Position numbers and translations under genes: made by a program. From positions 1 to 64,000 of the forward strand of contig JBKPAK010000013.1 of NCBI GenBank assembly GCA_046726415.1: a stretch of DNA of 64,000 bases, in the 5' to 3' direction. This document shows positions 56,978-64,000 of the stretch, piece after piece. The notes beneath the pieces were generated by a model. The model ran no database searches. It was given only the letters and a program-made list of their open reading frames with translations, and had not been told where the DNA came from. The stretch is from Candidatus Methylomirabilota bacterium. Lineage in GTDB: Bacteria > Methylomirabilota > Methylomirabilia > Rokubacteriales > CSP1-6. Position 1 is the first letter of the stretch. Every line of letters starts with the position of its first letter.

Positions 56978-57174
56978 GGCTTCGCCCCCTTTGGTTCAGC
57001 CACGCTGCGAGGCCGAACCAACTGTGTCCTACCCTTCCAGGCAGATCGGACGCCTTCTGGCCGAGGGGTTGACCGGCGGCTGCCGGGATTCCACCCTCGC
57101 GAGGTGGCGCCGGAATCGTCCTCTGAATCTGTGCGACGTTGCCTACAGGGATTGCCTAAAACCGCGTAGGGATG

Positions 57175-57190
57175 AGCAGGGGCCGTGCCA
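57175..57190 (-). promoter_or_regulatory. Putative sigma54 -24/-12 promoter of the minus-strand EPS operon
   Basis: Reverse strand reads TGGCACGGCCCCTGCT. Confidence 0.8.
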
Positions 57191-57242
57191 TCGTCGGGTC
57201 CGATGTAACCACGCGATTAGGCGCGCGTTACCGGACTTGAAC

Positions 57243-57258
57243 GTGCAACATCTTGCAC
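57243..57258. promoter_or_regulatory. Palindromic operator/enhancer candidate
   Basis: GTGCAA-CATC-TTGCAC, upstream of the 57190 promoter. Confidence 0.5.
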
Positions 57259-57669
57259 ACCCTCAGCAAACGGGCCGCAGAACGCAATCAATCACGTGCG
57301 GTCGCTCAAATCAAAGATGGCGGCGGTGCCTGGCGCGCATTCCTCGACGTTGGCCAAGGCTTTCGTTCGTGGGGCCTTTCTCGACCCTGGGGCTGTCATT
57401 CCGGGCCATCTCAGCGTTTCGAGGAGCGCGGTCAGCGCCGGCCTCGGGCCTTCAAGTTCCGCCTCGAACGCCGCCAGGTGACATCCGTACCGACGGATTC
57501 CCAGCTCCCAGCCGTGGCTTCCAGGCCGGGAAGTTCGCGTCGCAACCGTCAGCCGAGTACCCGCGGCCCCCGGCGACCCGCCCACGTCGACCCGGCAAGG
57601 ACTGCGCGATATACTCGTTTGGTCTCTGGCTCCGGATTGGTCCGGAGGCCGCGCCCAAGCCCCCAGGGC

Positions 57670-57950
57670 AGGCACGGCACTGTCGGAGCACGGCGTCCCT
57701 TCGTCCCTGCCGGGCGTAGAGGCGGATCAGGCTGCGGTGTGCCGCTTCGTGCGCTGGCTTCACGGCGAAGAGTCGGAGCGTGACCTTTACCGCCGACTCG
57801 ACCTGGCCCCAGCTAGGCCAGGAGACGATCGAGCGCCTCCACAGTGAGCTGGCGGAGCCGGTCGCAGTCGCGCGTCAGCCACTCCTCGCAGACCGGGCTC
57901 GTCCACCCGGAAGACCACGAGGAGGTCGCTCCGGTAGGGTTCCATCGAGG
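57670..57950 (-). pseudogene. Remnant of a BTAD/SARP-type transcriptional activator
   Basis: Three frames give YRSDLLVVFRVDEPG, EEWLTRDCDRLRQLTVEALDRLL and HEAAHRSLIRLYARQGRRDAVLRQ. Confidence 0.7.
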
Positions 57951-58124
57951 CCGCAAGGTATCGAGGCTCCAGTCCCCACGAGCGTCTGGAACTCGAGCGC
58001 CCCAGATCACAAATGCCCAAAGATTGTCATCGGTGTCCCAAAAGTGAGTGGGCATGATGCGCTTCGCAGCCGCACCTGGAGTTGAATCTGAGAAAAACCA
58101 TCGTCTCGGACGACTTTCGAGTTC

Positions 58125-58140
58125 TGGCACATCCCCTGCA
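58125..58140 (+). promoter_or_regulatory. Putative sigma54 -24/-12 promoter
   Basis: TGGCACATCCCCTGCA, about 90 bp upstream of ATG 58229. Confidence 0.8.
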
Positions 58141-58228
58141 GCCCGTACGGGCGTCGTGCAGACGAGCGGCGATAGTTCGCAGGCCTCATCACACAAGCTG
58201 AACGACCTAGTCAGAACCTGGGCAGAAG

Positions 58229-59704
58229 ATGGCGATCTCTAGGCAACCCACCAGCAGAGTTCCATCGTCGCTGAGGGGCGCGGAGACGAACGGCACCGAC
58301 TCGACACCGGGACCTGTGCTCGTGGTGGAGCTCGATCCGCTCCTCCAGCGCCACCTGGTCGGGCTTCTTGCCGAAGTGGGATACGAGGCCATGATAGCGA
58401 ATTCGGTGGATGAGGCCCTGAGCATCCTCGAGGACGGCCGATGCGCCTTCACCCTGCTCGGCGTGAACATCGGTGGGGACGAAGGAAGCGAGCTCCTGCG
58501 CCGTCTGAGAACGCATGGGGGAGATGCCGGACCTGTGATCACCTTAACGCGGGGAGAGGAAATGCCGGAGGCCACATCGCTGGGCGCGACCCATCTCATT
58601 GGAGAGCCCGTGACCCGGGAAGACCTGGCGCATGCCATCAAGCAGGCGTGCTCCAGCGCTCAGCGCATCGAGTCTGCCCTCCCGAGCAAGGATTCTCGGG
58701 TCAAACTGGAAGTGGAGCTCTCGCTCTGGTGCAGTCCCCGCATGCAGGAGGTGCGGCACACTATCAAGCTGATTGCCAATGCCGATGTCACCGTTCTCAT
58801 CTGCGGCGAGACGGGAACCGGCAAGGACGTCGTCGCCCGCGCCGTTCACCAGCTCTCGGCGCGGCGGTCCCGCCCCTTCGTCAAGGTCAACTGCGCAGCG
58901 CTGCCCCTGGACCTCCTCGAGAGCGAGCTGTTCGGTCACGAGCGAGGGGCATTCACGGGCGCCCACGAGCTCAAGATCGGCAAGTTCGAGCTGGCTAATC
59001 ACGGGACGATCTTCCTGGATGAGATCGGCGATCTGCACCCGGCGCTGCAAGGAAAGCTACTGCACGTCCTGCAGGATGGCCAGTTCTCTCGAGTCGGCGG
59101 CAAGTCGACCATCAAGGTTGACGTGCGCATCCTGGCGGCCACCAACCAGGATCTGGAGCGCAATGTGGCCGCCGGGACCTTCCGGGAAGATCTCTTCTAT
59201 CGCCTGAACGTCATCCACATCGTCGTCCCGCCGCTGCGCGAGCGGCTCGAGGAGGTTGTGCCGCTCGCCCAGTACTTCATCCGCCGCTATTCGGAGCTGT
59301 TCCAGCGCGAGCCAGTCACCCTCGCGCCGGAGACGCTCCGCCGGCTCATGCAGCACCGCTACGCCGGTAATGTGCGCGAGCTCGAGAACGTGATCAAGCG
59401 GATGATCGTGCTAAACGATCCGTACCTGCTCAAGAACGGGTTCGCCCCGTTAGCTCCGCCCAGCGCGGCCGAGGCTCCGGCCGGGCCGAAGAAGCAGCCC
59501 GTCCCGACCGTGTCCTTGAAGGAGGTCGGTCGGCGGGCAGCCCAGGACGCCGAGCGCGCCGCCATTCTCCAGATGCTGGAGCAGACGCGGTGGAATCGGC
59601 TTCGCGCCGCGAAGCTGCTCAACATCAGCTACCGAGCGCTGCTCTACAAGATGAAGGAAGCCGGCATCAGCCTCGGCCGTGAGGGCTCGAATGCCCATGA
59701 GTGA
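58229..59704 (+). CDS. Sigma54 enhancer-binding protein with degenerate receiver domain
   Basis: REC-like N-terminus (VVELD, TLLGVNIG); GETGTGKD, GAFTGA, FLDEIGD, FREDLFYRL, HTH. Confidence 0.93.
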   Translation: MAISRQPTSRVPSSLRGAETNGTDSTPGPVLVVELDPLLQRHLVGLLAEVGYEAMIANSVDEALSILEDGRCAFTLLGVNIGGDEGSELLRRLRTHGGDAGPVITLTRGEEMPEATSLGATHLIGEPVTREDLAHAIKQACSSAQRIESALPSKDSRVKLEVELSLWCSPRMQEVRHTIKLIANADVTVLICGETGTGKDVVARAVHQLSARRSRPFVKVNCAALPLDLLESELFGHERGAFTGAHELKIGKFELANHGTIFLDEIGDLHPALQGKLLHVLQDGQFSRVGGKSTIKVDVRILAATNQDLERNVAAGTFREDLFYRLNVIHIVVPPLRERLEEVVPLAQYFIRRYSELFQREPVTLAPETLRRLMQHRYAGNVRELENVIKRMIVLNDPYLLKNGFAPLAPPSAAEAPAGPKKQPVPTVSLKEVGRRAAQDAERAAILQMLEQTRWNRLRAAKLLNISYRALLYKMKEAGISLGREGSNAHE

Positions 59705-59717
59705 CGCCTGAACCGCC

Positions 59718-60692
59718 ATGGCCATCAACCTCGCCTTCTTCGGTCTCGCCCGGGAGCCATTCAACCCGGCGCCTGACCCCGCCTTTCTGTTCCTGAGTCC
59801 TGGTCACGAAGACGCCTTGGCCCTGCTCGTGTACGGGGTGACCGAGCGCAAGGCGTTCATGCTCCTCACTGGCGAGATCGGGACCGGGAAGACGACCCTG
59901 CTGCAGGCCCTGATGGCGCAGCTGGGTGATCACACGGCCGTGGCCTTCGTAACCATCTCCACGCTGCCGTTCGAGGGTCTCGTCGAGTGCATCCTGGACG
60001 GTTTTGGAATAGCCAAGCCGGGTCAGTCCACCGCCCGGCAGCTACTGGCGCTGCAAGCCTTTCTCATGGATCGCTATCACGCCGGTCAGAATGCCGTGGT
60101 CATCCTGGATGAGGCGCAAAATCTCACTCCCGAGACGCTGGAGCAGATCCGCCTGCTCTCGAACCTGGAGACGCCGGCCGCCAAGATTCTCCAGATCGTG
60201 CTAGTCGGGCAGCCTGAGCTGGTGGCCAAGGTGGAGCTACCCGAGCTGCGCCAACTCGATCAGCGGATCGCGCTGCGCTGCCGCACCGTACCGCTCAGCC
60301 CGTTTGAGACTCGTGACTATATTCAGACGCGGCTGCGCGTCGCGGGGGCGACCACTTTGGGCATTTTCACCGACGAGGCCGTGGAACGCATCGCCCGCGC
60401 GACACGCGGGATCCCGCGGCTGATCAACAACATCTGCGACTACTGCCTCGTGATCGCTTACGCCGACCAGATCCGGCGGGTCGACCGAAAAATCGCCGAC
60501 GAGGCCATCCGGTACTTCAGGAAACGTCCGGGCCGCCACCGGCGCACCGGAGGACTGGTGCCGCGCCGGGCCCTGGTGTGGGTCTCCGGGGCCGGGGTGG
60601 TCGCCGCCGCTGCCCTGGCCGGCCTACACCTGGACGTGGCGCACGCCCTGATGGGTCTCGCGCGCAGCATGCGCGAGTTGGTGATGCGATGA
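59718..60692 (+). CDS. ExeA/GspA-like AAA ATPase of EPS loci
   Basis: FFGL.REPF...PDP.F, GEIGTGKTT, ILDEAQNL, LVGQPEL, GIPRLIN; C-terminal TM. Confidence 0.92.
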   Translation: MAINLAFFGLAREPFNPAPDPAFLFLSPGHEDALALLVYGVTERKAFMLLTGEIGTGKTTLLQALMAQLGDHTAVAFVTISTLPFEGLVECILDGFGIAKPGQSTARQLLALQAFLMDRYHAGQNAVVILDEAQNLTPETLEQIRLLSNLETPAAKILQIVLVGQPELVAKVELPELRQLDQRIALRCRTVPLSPFETRDYIQTRLRVAGATTLGIFTDEAVERIARATRGIPRLINNICDYCLVIAYADQIRRVDRKIADEAIRYFRKRPGRHRRTGGLVPRRALVWVSGAGVVAAAALAGLHLDVAHALMGLARSMRELVMR

Positions 60693-61582
60693 GCAAATTC
60701 GCTAAGGCTCTTCGACAGGCCGAGCAGGACGCTGCCCTCGGCAAGAACGGCTCGGCTCCCGTCGAGCAGACGTCGTGCCCTGTGCTGGTGCCTGCCGAGT
60801 CGAACCTCTCTGTCGAGATCACGGATGACCACCTGGTCAGCCTCATCAGCCCCGCCGCTTTCGAGGCCGAACAGTACCGGGCGCTCCGCCACGTCGTTGA
60901 GCAGATTCACAAGACGGCAAACGTGAAAGTCGTGGCCGTCTCCAGCCCGGCTGTCGGCGACGGCAAGACCACCACCGCAATCAACCTCGCGGGCGCCCTC
61001 GCCCAGTCGCCGGAAGCGAAGGTCCTGCTCGTCGACGGCGACGTGCGGCGCCCCTCGATCGGGACCCTGCTCCGTCACGTGGAAGCCAAGCCTGGCCTCG
61101 TCGACGCGATCCTGAACCCCGCCCGCACACTAGACCAGGTGCTCGTGGACCGGCCGCAGTTCAACCTGTCCTTCATCCATGCCGGACGGAACCTATCTAG
61201 TAGCCCTTACGAGTTGCTGAAGTCCACGCGGCTCGGAGATTTGCTGGAAGAGGCGCGCCAACGGTTCGACTACGTGGTCGTCGACACCCCGCCCCTGGCA
61301 GCCGTCCAGGACTGTCGGCTCATCGCGCGATGGGTGGACGGATTCCTTGTCGTGGTGGCCGCGCACCGCACCCCGCGGCGGCTCGTGGCGGAGGCCCTGG
61401 CCGTCATCGAGCCCACAAAGATCATTGGCCTCGTCTTCAACGGCGACAGCGACGGCCGGCACATCAGTTACTACGGGTACGCGGGCAACTATCTCGAAAC
61501 GCGGCCCTCGCTCGGCCGCAGCGTCTCGTCACCCGCTAGGGGCCGCAAGTGGGTCTGGCGCCGCCGCGGGGAGCGGCGGTGA
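60689..61582 (+). CDS. CpsD/CapB BY-type tyrosine kinase (Wzc C-terminal part)
   Basis: AEQYRAL, SPAVGDGKTT, VDGDVRRP, VVVDTPP, Tyr cluster SYYGYAGNY. Confidence 0.93.
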   Translation: MSKFAKALRQAEQDAALGKNGSAPVEQTSCPVLVPAESNLSVEITDDHLVSLISPAAFEAEQYRALRHVVEQIHKTANVKVVAVSSPAVGDGKTTTAINLAGALAQSPEAKVLLVDGDVRRPSIGTLLRHVEAKPGLVDAILNPARTLDQVLVDRPQFNLSFIHAGRNLSSSPYELLKSTRLGDLLEEARQRFDYVVVDTPPLAAVQDCRLIARWVDGFLVVVAAHRTPRRLVAEALAVIEPTKIIGLVFNGDSDGRHISYYGYAGNYLETRPSLGRSVSSPARGRKWVWRRRGERR

Positions 61583-62410
61583 TGTTCGCCGTCCTCGAAA
61601 GCCTGGTCGTCGGCAGGGTAGCCACCGCACTCAAACGAGAGGAGCTCGACCTCAGAGAGTCCCGCACGATTCACTAGATTAGAATGGGCGGGGACACCCG
61701 TGTCATCGAACGCTACGCGTAGTGGCAGTACGTGGATCCCACGACCACCGTCTCATAGACCTGGGACGAGATGCCAACTCCTTGCTGGGCAATCCGGACA
61801 TAGGACTGAGCCGTGCCGCCTTGCCGCTCGACACGGACCCCCGGCGGTCCCACACGAATGACCTGTCCAGCTCGGCGTGAGTTGCGCTGGGCGGTGAGTG
61901 TGATTGTGACCGACACCCCCGGCGGTCCATCTTCCCGACACGCTAGCTGACAGGATGTCGGTTCCGCTCCCGGCCGACGCTCCATCACACCGGGGCAAAC
62001 TCCGCCGCTGAGATGGCCATCGTCGTCGAGGGGGTTGGGCGCGCTCGCCAGCCGCACCGGGTTGCGCCGTCCTCTTCGTCCACCACTCGCTCAAAGGCGC
62101 GGGGATCCCGGCGGTTCCCGGTCCCGACACTATAGCGATGGGTGGGACTGAACGTCCGGCCCCGGTGAACGTCGCCCGACGGACCGCGCCGAGCGAACCA
62201 GGGGGCGGCCGCGGCCAGCTAAAGAGCGAAGATCAAAGCTCAGGGCTCCTGCACGGTGCATGATACTGTGGTGCCGGTGCGGGGCGCCTTCGTCGGTCCA
62301 GTGAGGTGGAGCTGCGGCGGGTACCGACGAGCACGGAGACCAAGCTGGCCGGGGGGTGCTGGGCCCCTTGGAGAATGGTGGCGCGCGCTGGTTGCGGTAG
62401 AAGGCAACGC

Positions 62411-63763
62411 GTGAACCCGGTCGGTCGTCTTGCCTTCACGTTCTTGTTGGTGATCTGCGACATCGCGGCGTTCAGCGCCCCAGCGCGGGCCCAACAGCCG
62501 GTGCCCCCTGGGCAGGGGCAAACGATCCCGCCATTCCAGCAGTCTCCCGTCGAGCCGCCTTTCTCGCCACTGTTCGGCGCCTACACACCGCCGCCCACCG
62601 AGGCGCTGCCAGGGCAGCCGCCCCCGCCGCCTCCGTTCATGAAGAAAGGAGGGAGAGCGGCGGCGCCAGCAGCTCAGGAGGAGCGGTTCGTCCTTACCCC
62701 CTCGATCCTCATCGACGAGGCCTACACGGACAACGTCTTCCTCGACAACGACTTCAAGCAGTCGGATTTCATCACGAGCTTCACGCCAGGCCTGCTGCTC
62801 GGTTTTCGGATGCCGGACTTCGGCGTCGGCGTGGGTTACGTCTTCACCTCCGAGATCTACGCGAAGGAGACCGAACTGAACGACGCTCTCGCGCGCTGGG
62901 GCGCCAGCGTGGCGGCGTTCTACGATCTCACTCCGCGACTCCGGCTGAATTTCGAGGCCGCTTACTTCGAGGACAACAACACGACGGCATCAGGCATCGC
63001 CGGGATCTCGACCGGCCGGACAAACAGTCGCGGGGCGGCGGCCAGCCCCGCGTTGACGTGGCAGTTCGACCCGCTCACCAGGATCCACCTCAGCGCGGCC
63101 TGGTATACGCAGAGCTTTGACCAGGATCAGTTCACCAACGTTGCGCTAAACACCTACAATACATACACGTTCACGCCGACCGTCTCGAGGAAGATTACAC
63201 CAAATCTCACGGGCACGTTCCGGTACCAGTATCTTTTCTCAGACGTCGGCAATGGCCAAAATGCCGAATACCACCTGATTCTTCCTGGTATTGACTACCA
63301 GATCAGGCCGGATCTATTTGCCACCCTCAGTGTGGGGCCGCAGATTACCACCGAGGGCCAGACCGGCACGACGCTAGCCGCACAGGTGGGTCTCACGAAA
63401 AACTTCACGTGGGGTTCGATCGGCCTGAACGGCTCCCGGGCCGAAGTCCCGGCAGGCGGAATCGGAGGGTCGGCGGAGACCAACACCGTCGGGTTGTACG
63501 CAACGATCACCAATCTCTTCCTGCGAGGGCTGACGCTGGGTCTTAGTCCGTCTTACACGAACTCAAGCGGTGATGGCAGCCTGGGCACGACCGACTCGGT
63601 CAATCTCCAGGTCTTGGCCACCTACCCGATCACGCGCTGGATGATCGGATTCCTGGCCTACAATTATTTTCGCCAACGGACGAATGGGACTGACCTCAAC
63701 GACGTGGATGCCAACCGTGTGACCCTGGGCATCCAGCTCTTCGAGACCGTTCGCCCCCGGTAG
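62411..63763 (+). CDS. Outer-membrane beta-barrel protein, EPS-export type
   Basis: Signal peptide ending ARA-Q, Pro-rich linker, LTPSI..DEAYTDNV, DFITSFTPG, amphipathic strands, terminal NRVTLGIQLF; start uncertain. Confidence 0.82.
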   Translation: MNPVGRLAFTFLLVICDIAAFSAPARAQQPVPPGQGQTIPPFQQSPVEPPFSPLFGAYTPPPTEALPGQPPPPPPFMKKGGRAAAPAAQEERFVLTPSILIDEAYTDNVFLDNDFKQSDFITSFTPGLLLGFRMPDFGVGVGYVFTSEIYAKETELNDALARWGASVAAFYDLTPRLRLNFEAAYFEDNNTTASGIAGISTGRTNSRGAAASPALTWQFDPLTRIHLSAAWYTQSFDQDQFTNVALNTYNTYTFTPTVSRKITPNLTGTFRYQYLFSDVGNGQNAEYHLILPGIDYQIRPDLFATLSVGPQITTEGQTGTTLAAQVGLTKNFTWGSIGLNGSRAEVPAGGIGGSAETNTVGLYATITNLFLRGLTLGLSPSYTNSSGDGSLGTTDSVNLQVLATYPITRWMIGFLAYNYFRQRTNGTDLNDVDANRVTLGIQLFETVRPR

Positions 63764-64000
63764 GAATCAAGCGCCGGCCGCGTGCGGCGCGGGGGGCGGG
63801 CAAGCGCACTCGGTCGCCCCCGTGGAACCGTGTAACCGGAGGAGCGCGAGGATCACATAGACGGCGACGTGAGCCGTGCGCTTAGAACAGCTTCGCGGGC
63901 ACGACCAGCACGTCCCCCCCCTTCAGCTGGAGATCCTCATGACTTGCTGGATCGCTCATGATGTCCTTGATGTTGACGCGCTTCTCTACTTTCTTGGCGC

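Noticed and set aside
59718-60692. Type II secretion system
   Set aside because: Only an ExeA-like ATPase is present, which commonly accompanies EPS loci; no gsp genes

Overview
High-GC bacterial window, probably from a diderm soil-type organism; the gene style suggests Methylomirabilota/Rokubacteria, but that is inference only. It has three blocks. (1) 1-6978 is the 3' end of an NRPS operon: a terminal C-A-PCP module whose A domain has a beta-alanine-type pocket, a SyrD/PvdE-type peptide exporter, a free-standing thioesterase with a TubC-type docking domain and Cys in place of the catalytic Ser, and a translationally coupled Lnt-like membrane acyltransferase. (2) 7.1-63.8 kb is a very large Wzx/Wzy-type exopolysaccharide locus. 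Its machinery is a co-polymerase, a separate BY-kinase, a priming transferase, a flippase, a polymerase, an outer-membrane beta-barrel, an ExeA-like ATPase and a NusG paralog. Its decoration set is unusually rich: a NodU/SxtIJK carbamoyltransferase cassette with an operon-embedded carAB, a NodS-like and two CheR-fold methyltransferases, FemAB/GNAT proteins, a Cys-less asparagine-synthase homolog, a pyruvyltransferase, several deacetylases, and CDP-sugar and amino-sugar enzymes. Four sigma54 -24/-12 promoters, two atypical paralogous enhancer-binding proteins and a degenerate GGDEF/RxxD protein appear to control it. (3) Decay products are scattered through the locus: a nested IS21/IS110 wreck splitting a FemAB-like gene, an IS630-derived mini-element, an IS701 scrap and a BTAD regulator remnant. 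No rRNA, tRNA or CRISPR array was recognised. All family calls come from motif recognition by eye, not database searches.
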